DNA of 64,000 bases from Mobula birostris (GCF_030028105.1 NC_092399.1:14404881-14468880), one strand, 5' to 3'; shown: positions 48,465-61,440, numbered from the stretch's first letter. The notes: generated by a model from the sequence alone, not told the origin. Numbers and translations: made by a program.

Positions 48465-48700
48465 CAGTGGTTAGCACAATGGTTTACAGTGCAGGTGACC
48501 TGGGATCAATTCCCACCGCTGCCTCTAAGGAGTTTGCCTGTGACCATGTAGGTTTCCTCTCACAGCCCAGACGTACCAGTTGGTAGATTAATTGGTCATT
48601 GTAAATTGTCTCATCATTAGGCCACGATTAAGTCCAGGGATTGCTGGCTGGCATAGCTCGAAGTGCCTGCTCTGCTGTATCTTAATAATAAAAATAAATC
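48465..48700 (+). mobile_element. tRNA-derived SINE
   Basis: Same family as 10897-11175. Confidence 0.65.
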
Positions 48701-51423
48701 CCAAATGTTTGGCTGCTTTAAGGAAATGAAAAGGTCCTTTAATGGAGGTTCATTCATAAAAGAAAACACTTAAGAAATGATTAGAGCAATATGGCTTGCT
48801 GGTAAATCGTAAGTGGGAATTTTTCAAAAAAGGAAGAAATAATATTGGGAGGACTCAGCCTGCAAACAGCTGCTGTGAGAAGGGAAACTGGTTAATGCTT
48901 TGTGTCAAAGACCCTACCTCAAAACCAGGGTCACACTGGGACTTTTGTTTACAAAACCACCAAAGTGGCAATCTCGTTGAAGAGGAATTACAACTGTGGC
49001 AATGTGTTTCACGGAGTAAACCGAAGACTGATGATACAAACTAAAGCATCAAGGCCACAGTTTGGGACATCTGCAGGAACTGCCCCGAGAGTGATGTGAT
49101 ACAAGTATAAGATCATGGGAGACACAGACAGAGTAGAGATCTCTTTCCTAGGTAGGGTGTCAAAACAACAGGGCAAAGACTTAAGATGAGAAGCAGGTGT
49201 TTTGAGGGAGATCTGAGAGGTAACTTTTAAGTTCATATCTGGAATATGCTGACTGGAGCAGTGCTTATTTATTCTGTCTGTATGCTTAATTTGAAGTAGC
49301 TAATGGGATTGCCCTCTCAAGTTCTCCTGATCTAATGAGGAACAGTTCAAGTAAAGACAGCCCTTCATGTAAGCAATTTTCTTCTGTAACCATGATCAGA
49401 TTTTAACATGTTTCCTCAACTGTGGTTCTCAGAAACAGTCACATTACTTCAGTTGTGGCTGAAGCAATGTGTTCACAAGATTCACCATGACTTCTCTTCC
49501 CCTGTACTCCCTTCCCTTCCCAATACTTCTGCTTATAAAGTCTGAACTGCTATTTTTGAAAACGGCTCTCATGTTTATAAAGCCTTCAATCTGGAATGCT
49601 ATTTTTGAAAACTGTTCTCCATCTGCCTCGATAATCCATGCAAATATACCCCAGCTCTCTCTGTCCCTGTGCATTCTGAATTTTGAAAATATGTGGAAAT
49701 AGTCAATTCCACAATATTACATCTCAGCTACAGAGTACTCCTCCCCCTCCCCCCCCCACCCCAGCAGTTCAGGTCAAGGAAATTCACCCTTGCAGAACTC
49801 ACAAATCACTAACAAAAATTTGAAGCACAGAATAACAATTTGCCCTCATGGTAATTATGTGAGAAAAAAAATAACTGGGGACATATGGTGAAAGAAAAAC
49901 AAGGTAACATGAATTTTTGCCAGAGAGGTAGAGTTTTCTAGGAAAGCAACCCCTCCATAATGCAGAGGTGTACTATACAACTTTTGGGTCCAGGCCAGTT
50001 ATATTGGTACACTATCTCCCACTTTGTATAATACCCAGTCCAGAAAGGGGAGGAGGAAGAGATGGGACCGTGTTTCCCCCATCCTGGGTATGAGAGGGAA
50101 ATGAACTTACCTGCTTACATTGCTACCTTCAGTAGCAATGGCTGCTGCGAGATTCCTCGTACTCTTTGAAAGACAATGACTGAGGAAACACATCAGCTGG
50201 TTTCTCAACAGGCACCAAAAACATTAGATTTTATTTAAAGTATAAAGGATGTTTTGTAATTTTGCTGTTACCATAACATGCCCAATATGATTATTTTTTT
50301 TACAGTTTTTGCTATTACTGTTCCACTATTTTTTTGACTGCCTTGTACATAACTTAGCCATGAGTGTTTGGTTCTGATGGTCTTAACCCTTCAGCTTACA
50401 TCATCTCTCCACATACTTCCTAGTTAATTACTCCACAGTTCCTGCACTACATTTTTTTGTCTTATTTCCATCCACTTCACCAGCTAGTCTAGATCTCGAG
50501 AGATTTTAAATGCTCCTCACAGTTTGTATGTTTTAAAATTTTGTGCTATCTGCAAAATTGGAAATTATGCCCTGTGCACCCAGACCTAAGTCACTAACAT
50601 ATAAGAAAACTAGTGGTAGTTGCAACCTCAAACATCCCACTAGGCACTTCACTAGTCCTCATGAGGCTCTCCGGTGGTCAGGGCTGACCATGGATGTTGT
50701 GTCCTAGTTGCCTTCATGATACACAAGCCAGGGAAATACGATATGGAGAGCAGCCCCCCATGCAGCTGATGAATCCAAAGCAACGGCAGAGATCAATACA
50801 GTTTGGCACCTGCAGCGTCACAGGAGTTGCCAGTCAGTGATGAATTCAACGTAGGACTGCCTTGGAGACTCCAGTCCTCTCACACACTGCCACATCTATA
50901 GATGTATTAAAAACTAGCCCTTTCTTTCCCTATTCAATCCAGAATGTGTTCTATCCCTCTGTTATTTGCTTCATTTGACCCAGCTCATTCCCCATTAAAC
51001 AGCCATGCCTCACTTCTTGTTGAAATGGAGAAGCACTGGTTTCCCAGAAGCACCACGAAACATCTTCCCTCATTAGAATATTAGGAAAATTAAATCCCCC
51101 CACATACCATCATTTCTTCAATGGCATAATCAAGATCCCGGGAATATCACTAACAGCACTGTAACACAACTTCACCACAAGCTATTAATTACTAACCCTG
51201 CCCTAGTCTATGATCTGCTAAATAGTTTAACAGACTATGCAAGTTTATCATGCAACAACACAAATAAAATGTACTATTGAAGCAAGGTAAAAAAAAATGA
51301 GAACTATCTTATAGAATGGTCCCTGCTACTTCTAAACCTTATAATTTTCTCTAGAACTGAGTCATCTGAATCCTAAAACTGCTGTGTCCCAGTCATCCGC
51401 CAAATCTTTTGGGAGATTTTAAC

Positions 51424-51555
51424 CAACACACATAAAAGTTGCTGGTGAATGCAGCAGGCCAGGCAGCATCTCTAGGAAGAGGTACAGTCGACGTTTCGGG
51501 CCGAGACCCTTCATCAGGACTAAAAAAAAATCCAGCATCTGCAGATTTCCTCGTG
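51424..51555 (-). mobile_element. 132-bp mini Penelope-like insertion with inverted terminal piece and TSD
   Basis: tttgggagattttaac repeated at 51408-51423 and 51556-51571; two pLTR pieces in opposite orientation joined by an A-run. Confidence 0.8.
51485..51521 (-). ncRNA. Intact minimal type I hammerhead ribozyme motif (GUC triplet)
   Basis: The reverse strand reads AGTC CTGATGA A GGG tctcgg CCC GAAA CGTC GACT(G); all core nucleotides are present. Confidence 0.8.
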
Positions 51556-52049
51556 TTTGGGAGATTTTAACGTTGTGAAAAGCCGTATATAAACGAAACT
51601 GCCTTTAAAGTACACATATTTTAGATTTCCATGGTTTTCATTGTGGAATTGGGTGAGCATGGTCATCAATCGGAAATGTTTTAGCTTGTTCCTCACTGCA
51701 GATTCTGTATTCTAATTTTATGTACATAAAAGGTGTGAACAATCAACAGTTCACAGAGCAGTCTTCACCAGTCAAGACGGTAGCAATTCCGCTACTGCAT
51801 TTAGCTCTTGGCAACAGAGAATGCTGAAACAAAAAAAAACAGGAATCACTGATTCTGTCATCGGTTTGAGATCTGAGGCCGCAATGAGGCCAAGTTCCAA
51901 GCCCAAAACATTTACAAATATCCTTCAGAATCTACATAGGTGGCTGTCCACGGTGCATGTTTTAGCTCCTGGACCTCTCTCTCTGGGACACACTTCCCGA
52001 GCGGTAACTATGAGAGTATTCACACAGGTTCCCTCCCCTCTGTGCAATG

Positions 52050-52560
52050 GTGGGACGGAGGGCTCGAACCACCTCCCCTCAGCTCTGGACCTCCGAGGCC
52101 GCCGGCCCTCACAGCCCCGTGTGCGTGTGTGTGCAAGCTCAGGGAGTTTGATTTCGCAGAAACACCGCCTGCTGAAAATCTTTTCTTTTTTAAAATAATA
52201 GATGCAAGTGGAGGTGGGGAGACAGAAGCAGATCGGCCCTTCCCTTCCTCAGAACGATCCTTCCTCTCACTTCCGACCCGAGACGGCCTTCGCAAGAAAA
52301 ATCTCCTCTCCCTCCGCGCCGCAGGGCCGTTTCTTCCATATTAGGAGATAGCGGAAGCGGCCCGCGCCGCGCGGGGGGTTCTGGGGCCGGCGGCTGGAGG
52401 CACTTCCGGGGCGGATTCCGGCAGCGGGGGAGCGACTCCTCGGTGACGGTGAGAGACTCGGCTTCGGCGGCGCTCGGTGCTATTTGCTCAAAAGTCTATT
52501 TAAGCAGGATCTGTGGGGTTCTCCGCCGCCGCTCGGCGTGCTGGGGGTATTATTCAGGGG
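52050..52560 (+). promoter_or_regulatory. CAP1: CpG-island promoter and non-coding exon 1 of the CAP gene
   Basis: High GC/CpG; CArG CCATATTAGG at 52336-52345; ETS motifs cggaag 52352-52357 and cacttccgg 52401-52409; GC box ggggcgg 52408-52414; donor ACG|GTGAGA at 52448/52449. Confidence 0.7.
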
Positions 52561-53205
52561 GTGGGGTGGGCGTATGCGTGTGTGTATAAATGTTTTGATT
52601 TCTTCCCCCTGCCTCCCTCAGGTGAGGAGGTGCGAGCAGCAGAGGACTGAGGAGGTGCCCGAGTTTCTATTGTGGAGGGAAAAGGAGGGTGGGGGGCAGA
52701 AGGAGCTTCTGTGCTCAAGCATTAAACTTGTCTGCAAAAGAATCGCTGCTTGTTTGACTTCCTGTTTGTGTATAGGGCGGGTCCGCCAGGAGGCTTTGTA
52801 CTTGTATGGTACATCTCTCACGGAGGACTAGTCTTCCTAAAAAGTGCATATGGTTGTTCAGGGGATTTGTAGCTCAGAGGTCAAGGCTGGATACTTCTTG
52901 ACAAGTATTGCAGAGATCTCAGTGATCTCTGGTGACGGCAGAAGCAAAACATCCAACTGAGCCGCGAAACAGAATGAAAAATCGGCTTTGATTCAATGAA
53001 CTTAAAGATGCAGCTAATTTACCAGGAAGTTCGCCTTTTGGATTTGAAAACTTCTGAGCGTCAGTGATCTTGGTCGGCCATCTAAACCTGTTAGATGTAT
53101 TAAGAGAATCGTGGACTTAGAATGAAGTGTCAGAACCAGCGCTGGAGGTTTGTAAGTTGATTAAGTCCCAAAGAATCCTGAGTTTGGAAAGGGGTGCCTG
53201 TACAG

Positions 53206-53285
53206 CAGGGGTTCCCAATCCTTGTTACACCATGGAACCTTCCCTTTAACCGAGGGATCAGTAGACCCCAGGTTGGGAACCACTG
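53206..53285. mobile_element. hAT-type MITE (inverted copy of 28321-28399)
   Basis: caggggttccc...gggaaccactg termini and shared internal sequence. Confidence 0.72.
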
Positions 53286-53519
53286 TGCTAGGTGCTTTGG
53301 TTATCATCTTCCAGAATTCTACAAGTTTTGGTGTCCTTGTGGTTTGGAGGATGAGGGATAAAATGGAGAATTTCCAGGCTGTCAGCAAAAGGAAAATTGC
53401 TAGAATCTACAGGATGAAATGTGATAGCAGAGAATCTTGAAAAGCTAACATAAGTTTTTGAGAAGAAGATCTTGTTTGATTAATCTGCTGGAATACTTTG
53501 AGGACATAACCCGTATTGG

Positions 53520-54045
53520 GTTTTTTTTTGTTACATGTACCAAGAAACAGTGAAAAGCTTGTCTTTCATATTGTTCATACAGATCCAACCATCACATAGT
53601 GCACTGAGGTAGAACAATGCACTATAAAGTTTCAAAGCTGCAGGGAAAGAAGTGTGGAGCGGGTAACGATACGTAAGGTGGGTGGGATGTGAGGTCAAGG
53701 GGCCATCTTATCTTACAAGAGGTCTAAGAGCAGGATAGAAGCTGTCCTTGAGCCTGATGGTAGATGCTTTTGTATCTTTTAGAGGGCAGAAGAGAAAATT
53801 TTCTGGGTGGGCAGGATCTTTGATTACGTTGACTGCTTTACAGGGGCAGCGAGGTTTAGACAGTCCGTATAGGGGAGGCTCTCTTCCGTGATTTGCTGAG
53901 CTATGCACAGATCTGGAGTTTCTTGTGGTCACGTGTGAGCAGCTGCCATCCCAAACCATAATGCATCCTAATAGAATGCTTCCTATAGTGCATCGATAAA
54001 AATTGGTAAAGGTCGACTGGGACATGCCAAATTTCTTTAGTCTCC
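53520..54045 (-). mobile_element. Decayed Rex1/Babar-like LINE fragment
   Basis: Minus ORF 53708-54025 contains TNFYRCTIGSILLGCIMVW...TIRLKDSFYP. Confidence 0.7.
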
Positions 54046-57000
54046 CCTCCCTCAGTGGCAGGAGTGATACCCCTTTCTCCCTTGTTAGCGTGAGAAAGAG
54101 CCTGTAGGACGTTAAACTGTTGGGATGGACTGGAGATCGTGGTCTCTTTGGGGCTTTGCTATTGCTTGCATGGGCGGTGGTGGGGGGGGTTGATGCTTTT
54201 GCTGAGGGAGGAGGGGAAAGATTGATACTTTGCTGCCGCTTGTGTGTGGGAGGGGCTTCTGGGTGCTAAAGTTTTTCTGTCATTCATTCTTCGGGGTTTT
54301 CTTCTGTTTCGTGGATGTCTGTGAAGAGTAAGAATTTCAGGTTGTATACTGTGTACATCCTCTGATGTTAAGTGAAATCACTGACAGTGGAGGCATGGGT
54401 GAGATTAACTTGGCTGGACCAGGACAGGCTTTTCATGATGCTTACTGTTAGGAGCTTCTAGCTCTCAACATCAGTGATGCATACTGGAGCAAGAGGGCAA
54501 TCATTAGATTTGATAAATTTGCACATCAGGAGAGGTGATCAACCATGTTCGAACACTTGGCACTGGGGGAAATGTACTGATGTGAGTTGAAAATTGGTTA
54601 TTGGATAGAAAACAGGAACAAAGATATCTCATCAAAATGTACAAAATTCTTAAAAGGATTTAATGCAAGAGGGATGTGGAGGAATAAAAAAATGTATTGT
54701 GGATTTTGAACCTTTGGGCATTCTCTTCTGAGGACTGTGGAGACCCGGTCATTGAGTTGATTCAAAACTGCTATTTCTTGTGGTCTGCTTCAGTGTTTTT
54801 TTTATTTCTTTACCTCAATTAACAAAAGCCTAATTAATGATTTGAAGGGAATACAAAAGCATTTGTTGATTAAGAGTACATTTAGCTGCATTTAGGATAG
54901 CAACAAAGTAATAAGGGGTTAAAATTCCTATTCCTTATATTAGTCATGATTAGCATCTTTGCATGCTTGTCTTAACTGGCCACTGTTGGAAATTGACCAA
55001 CTAGGGCTGAACCGTTGGTTTATTTTTTTTTAATAGTATATTATAAATAAGTGGTTTCCCAAGATGTTTTCCTTTTTTTAAATTTTTAATCAAAATTTAA
55101 GTTGCTTTCTGTTTTGGTGATTTGGGTGTTGGGGATGTTCAGTGGGTTTTAAGTCATTAAGTTTTGACAAATAAACTTCTTATTTTATTCCTTTTCTGTT
55201 TCTTTAAACCTGATTCAGAATGTATTGATTTTAGAGGAGCTTTCTTATTTGAACTTGGGATTGTGTTGTTGGTTCGACCATCATTTATTCTTGAATGAGC
55301 TCTTTCAGCCAGTGGTACAGTTAGAGTGGGATTGACGGTTGTCAAAGAAGTCCGCAGCGAATCACCTTCCTGAGCCAGTCTCTGTGGTGAAGGTATTACC
55401 ACAGTGCCGTTGGAAAACAGGTGATTTGAACTCTACAGCAGGGAAGCATTCCCAGGTCTGCGTGGTGTGCAACTCTGAAGCAAACATGGTGTTGCTGTGC
55501 AGTTGAAACCTTGTCCTCAGCAAATGAGGTTGTGAGTTTGGGTTTTATGCAAAAAAAAATTTTAACAAATTTTTAAAAGGATTGGGAAACCAAACACTTA
55601 TTCGTGTCATTGTGCCATTTTGCATGTCTGCTATTCAATTAACAAAGTCTTCCTGATGAGGTGGTCATAACTAAGTAATGTTTTGCTCCTCAAGTAAGTT
55701 GTAAATACTGGCTGTTGAGTGGTCAAACTCCTCTTCATCATCTGGGTTACATCTTTTTTTAGCTTGTGGCTGGATGATGCTAAATGCTATTTTTAAGAGA
55801 GGGAAAGAAATATAGCTTTAGATCCAATATTACTTTGTTGTTTTTTCCTTTTATCTAGGTAAGATAATGGAATATTGGTGCAATTCTGTAAATCATGTCT
55901 ACAAATCATAAGACAACTTGCTCAATAAATTGAGTGAATACGTAGTTCTTTTTCCAAAAATAGCAAAAAGATCCGAGAACAGAAGCCACACTACTTAAGT
56001 ATTGGTTGTGAATAGACATATGGCAGACAGGAAATGCTTGTGTTGCAAAATTTATGACTAAAAGCTGTTCATTATACTTTGGAATTTTTCTCTTAAATGT
56101 AGCTGGGAATATGTAATTACTTGTTCCAAGGAAGAATACTTTTAATGGTTGAATCATCACAGAAACTTAGGTGAAATGTTCATGTTCAGTCTGCAAGTGC
56201 CCTATAAATAAACCTTTTTTTCCATTGGGTCATAAAACAAGTTTGGCTAATGTCCTTATTGACACACCATTTTCTAAAGTGTTGGGTAACATGCAGAACT
56301 TCCCTCTGCATCTAAGCAGATGCGGAAGCTGGTAGATTGGAGAAGTGCATTTTCATCCTGTAGAAGTGTTTGACTTTAAATTGGCAGTCTAGGTGATAAA
56401 AATTCATGACAGTTGTTATTTTAAGAACATGAATTACACATCACTGCAGTTACAGGATGCACATAATTTTCCTGTCCTCTCTTAACTGAAGTTTGTTTGA
56501 CCATGATTGGTAAGTGGCTGTGTTCTGAAATGTTAGCTTTCTTTTTCACAGATGTGGGTGCTTTCCCATTTTCACTTGTTTTTATTTCTGATTTCAAACA
56601 TCTTGCAGTTTGATTTGATTTTCAGTGCAGAGATTTGAGAACTGAAGATGAATGCCAATTATATTTAGAAGATACTGTCCCAGACCAATAAATAGCAATG
56701 TTTTCTGAATGCCAGTGAAATACAGCTCAGGAGTGTGTGTAATAATAAATTACTCCAGTGAATTAGATAATATTTATCTGAACACTACTGTATTTAAAAA
56801 GAAAATGGGCATCTTGCATTGTCACTCTTTTCCTGGGAGCCTGCTGGCACATTGTTGCCTTGTACTTGATTTGTACTTCAAAATATACTTGATTGTAAAG
56901 CAGTTTATGATGTACTGAAATTGTGAAGGCTCTTTTTCACATTATCATGTTTATGTAGTTTTGCCAATATGTGACTCATCAGCTTTCGGCCTCAACCCCA

Positions 57001-57339
57001 CCCCTGCACAACCCTCTTTTGCAGAGTTTCTCCAGCAAATTGATCAGCCAGTTTGAGGTCCCAACCTGAGCCCCTTAGTCTAAACCGTGCACGTCTGTAG
57101 AAGTATCAGGAATTCAGTTAGCGCCAGTCTCTTGGTTTGGAAAATGTGAATCGGCTGTGGATGCCTCTGATGACTGTATAAGAGTATATGGGCCTCTGTG
57201 GCAAAGGCCCATATTTAAGTACACAATAACTTCCTGAGGTACAGGAATGCATACTTGCCCAAGGGTCAATGTGTGTTTTTAGAATGTGTATCTTCCCGGT
57301 TCATAGAACTTTATGTTGGTTATACAAGCATACACACAA

Positions 57340-58230
57340 ACGCGTGAATTAGGAGAAAGTATGCAACTCGATTCTCAAACTTGCTCCTCTATTATCATGG
57401 CTAATCAGATTGAAGCATTAGCACAATATTCCAGTCTACCTGTTGTAATATTACGACATTTTGTTTATGAAGAACCTGTCTACCCTTAAAAATATTCGGA
57501 GCCCTTTTCCACTAGTCTTTGCAAATAAGAGTTCCAGAACCTATAGAGAAACACGTCATCTGTTAAAGTGAGCGACCACAATTCTAGATGCTTCTGCAAA
57601 AGGAAACAGCCTCTCCACACAAATCTTGTCGGCTGCCTCAGAATCTTCTACACTCCAACAGATCCAATGCTAGCCTATCTAACCTCTCTCTCCTCAGAAT
57701 GTAGCCTGCCAATTCCAGTATTGGTTTCTGAACTGCTTTCAACGCATTAAATAAAACAACAGTACTCTTTGCGAGGTCTTGCCAAAGCATTACACAACCA
57801 AAACATAGTCTGCTTTTGTATTTAAGTGCCCTTGCCATTAATAGTAGTATTTCAGCGTTCCGAATAAATGAATCTGCGCCTTTACCTTTTGCAAATCACA
57901 CTGGATAGGTAAGGCCCTGTACATCATCTAAATAATATTTTTTAGCTTTTTGTACCAAAATTGAAATTTCATCTTTTCCTGCACTATACTCTATTTGATA
58001 TAGCTACTGCATTTACTTAATCTGCCCATGTAGGTTTCTAGCCTTAGTGCATCCTGTTATAAATAGGATGTGATTTTGAGCAACCATGGCTTCAGTACCT
58101 CCATACAAGTTTTATAAATTGTAAAAAAAAAGAGACCCGACATTAGTCCCTGTGGCACAACATTTGTTGGTCTTGCCACTCAAAATAAGATTTGTTTGCC
58201 TTTTTTTCCTGATAACCAGCCAGTACTCCA
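57340..58230 (-). mobile_element. Highly decayed CR1 LINE
   Basis: Residual motifs (ARALKYKS, RERLDRLALDLLECRR; the reverse strand has gtgccacagggac). Confidence 0.5.
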
Positions 58231-58455
58231 TTTACACCGGTCTGTAGCATTCAATGGTATGCAGAATTACTTTCTACTTTAATGTTTAATGTGGTATGCT
58301 TTCAAAGGCATTTTGGAAATTGGAAGTATTTGGTAGTCTCAGTGTTTCCCTTTACTTCAAACAGCACAGGGATGCTTGTGTGTCAGTTAGGGGTCCACTA
58401 TGAGGTAGACTTAAAAAACCCATATCTGTTCAGTGCATCTTGTTTTGAATCATTC

Positions 58456-58668
58456 GTTCATTCATTTACAGTTGTGGCATTAGTTTCAGTTATTTGAAAT
58501 GAGAGATTTGTTCATTCATTTACAGTTGTGGCATTAGTTTCAGTTATTTGAAATGAGAGATTTGTTCATTCATTTACAGTTGTGGCATTAGTTTCAGTTA
58601 TTTGAAATGAGAGATTTGTTCATTCATTTACAGTTGTGGCATTAGTTTCAGTTATTTGAGATGAGAGA
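58456..58668. repeat. 54-bp minisatellite, ~3.9 almost identical copies
   Basis: Unit gttcattcatttacagttgtggcattagtttcagttatttgaaatgagagattt starts at 58456, 58510, 58564 and 58618. Confidence 0.95.
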
Positions 58669-58829
58669 CAGTTTTTGACTTGAAAGCTCACTGGTATCGA
58701 GTCCATTCTTAAGTGAGCCATTTCCTGTAATGTGTACTTTGTGCTGATTAGGGTTTATTGGTTGTTACACTGGTCTTTGAACAGTAATCCTAAAAAGTTG
58801 AAGTTGATCGCTCTCAAAATGGATTACAC

Positions 58830-59490
58830 TTAGATTAGATTATGAGGACACGCAGTCCTCTTTTATTGTCATTTAGTAATGCATGCATTAAGAAATGATA
58901 CAATGTTTCTCCGATATGATATCACAGAAACACAAGACAAACCAAGACTCAAAAAACTGACAAAACCCACAAAATTATGACGTAGTTGCAACAGTGCAAA
59001 GCAATACCATAATTTGATGAAGGACAGACCATGGGCACGGTAAAAAAAAGTCTCAAAGTCTCTCGAAAGTCCCATCATCTCACGCAGACGGTAGAAGGAA
59101 GAAACTCTCTTCCTGCCATGAGCTTCCAGCGCCGCAAACTTGCCGATGCAGCACCCTGGAAGCACCCAACCACAGCCGACTCTTGAGTCCATCTGAAAAC
59201 TTCGAGCCTCTGACACCGAGCACCATCTCTGCCAAGCACTTCGACCCCGGCCCTGGCAACAGGCAATAGGCAAAGCCAAGGATTTGGGGCCTTCCCCTCC
59301 AGAGATTCTCGATCGCACAGTAGCAGCGGCAGCGAAGTGGACATTTCAGAAGTTTCTCCAGATGTTCCTCCGTGCTTTTCACAGCTATCTCCATCAAATC
59401 AGAATTGTGCACGGCATCCTACTTCACAAATATGATATCATTTTGGAGCGACCGCGCACGCTGCGTTGCGCCATCATCTTCTCCTCTCCT
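58830..59490 (-). mobile_element. Non-autonomous retroposon (~660 bp)
   Basis: The minus strand starts GC-rich (agaagatgatggcgc) and ends with AATAAA and an (aatct)n tail; CpG-rich relative to the flanks. Confidence 0.55.
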
Positions 59491-61440
59491 CCGTTTATCA
59501 CTTCCTACTAATAACCACATAGTTTCCAGTATCTGAAAAATTTTCCCTTGTTTATACGTTGTTTTAATTGCTGTGTTTATGTTCATTGACTAAAATGGTA
59601 CAAAGTATGATGTTTTCTCTGTTAAACAATTATTCTGTAATGGAAATGTTTTGAGGGAACTCTGAGGTTGGAGCTTCACTTGTAGAAAGCTTCTGGTAGG
59701 AATCCAAGTCTCACAAGTGTTAAAAGTGATATTAATTTAGTCCTTTGGGAGGCAGCATGAACCCAGGGGAGCAATTTAATAGGAAGTGTCTAGAGGGAAC
59801 CCTGTACAGGTTTTCTCCAGGCTGCAGCAGGTTTTGTTCCTTTGAACTGTGCTTAATCAGTTTACTAAAACACAGCACAAATGTAGTGCCCAGACAGCAG
59901 AAGATGCCTGCAACAGATGACAAATCCATGCCTTTCTCCCAAATGTTCATTCATACGTACAGGTGTTCATTACTCGGCAAGGACCTGTAACCTAGTCTCT
60001 TGCCCATAACTCACCCCCTAATCTTTTGCCACACTGAGGACATTTTATAGTCACCAGTTAAGATATCAGCATATCTTTAAGATGTGAGAGAAAACTAGAG
60101 CACCCGGAGAAAACCCGTAATGAAGGAGAGAGTTTGTCACTCTGCACAGGTGTCATGGGTCACTAGAACTGTGAGGCAGTGGCGCTAACTGTTACATCAC
60201 TGTCTTCCTTTTACGTGATTAAATTTCAAAGCCAAGTAGCCAGATCCTACATATTTGAGTGATGGATAATTGTTTTTTGATTTTTGAAATAAGTGTAGGT
60301 GTGAGATCAATAAGTTTGCAGATGACGCCACAATTGGAGGTGTAGTGGATAGTGCAGAATGATGTTTAAAGTTACAGAGAATCTAGATCGTGCGGGAAAG
60401 TGTACAAGGGAATGGCTGATGGAGTTTAACTTGGACGGTGCAAATTGGTGTGCTTTGGGAAGTTAAAGCAGGACAGGATGTGCACGGCTGGGCGAGGAAG
60501 TGTTGATGAGCATTGAGATCTTTGGAGTATAAGTTCCCAAAATGTGCTAACAGAAGGGGGTGAGGTGAGGCCCTGCCACTCAAGGACTTGGGCTGTATAT
60601 TTTTTGTGTCTGTTTTTCTGTTATCATAACCATATGCGTTATGTGCAGTGTGCTGTTGGTAATTTACTTTGCACCTTGGCCCTGGAGGGACGGTGTTTTG
60701 TGTGGCTGTGTTCATGTATGGTTGAATTATTATTAAACTTGAAAAGAGCATGTGATAATGACCTTCAGCTGAGGCGATGAGTAGTGGCTTTGCCACAAAT
60801 CATTAGACTGTACTTGAAGTATTTTTTGTCATTCTGGCTGCTGTGTGATAGAAAGGATGTGATTAAACCAGAGGGAGTGGAAAACATTCACAGTTACATT
60901 GCTGGATCAGACAGCTTGAGTTATAAGTAAAGAATGGACAGGCTGGGACTGTTTTCTCTGCAGCATAAGAGCTTGAAGAGTGACTCAGATCTTTGCCTAT
61001 GTTTTTCTACTTGAAAGATGCAACTTTCGATCAAACTCCGGGATATGCAACACTTAGGCTTATTCCTGAGAGAGATTTTTATGTGGCTTTGATACTAAAA
61101 TATCTAAAGGAGGCTGGAAAATGTACCTCATCAAAAATTGCCTCAATAAACTTTGGAACATGGTTTCTGTATAAACTAGTACATTAGTGAAAATAAAGGG
61201 ACACCTGGCCTGCAGTGTTTCATATGTTAGTAATGTGTAGGGTGTACATCTTTGTGTCATTTATTTGGGGGGGGGAGAGAGAGGGAATATCAGCTGTACA
61301 ACAATTGTATAAATTGAAATGTTATACCTCACGGTGGATGAGAAAAGCATAACATTTGAATAAGCAATGTGTGTGTATTTTAAATAACATTTGCTTACTG
61401 CATTGTTGAACTTGTTGATCCTTCCTTTCAGGTTTGAACA

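Noticed and set aside
58456-58668. CRISPR-like array
   Set aside because: The units are contiguous and identical with no unique spacers, there are no cas genes, and the DNA is vertebrate.
58869-59511. Cluster of overlapping ORFs on both strands
   Set aside because: They lie within one GC-rich interspersed repeat, with no protein homology I recognise and no splice context.
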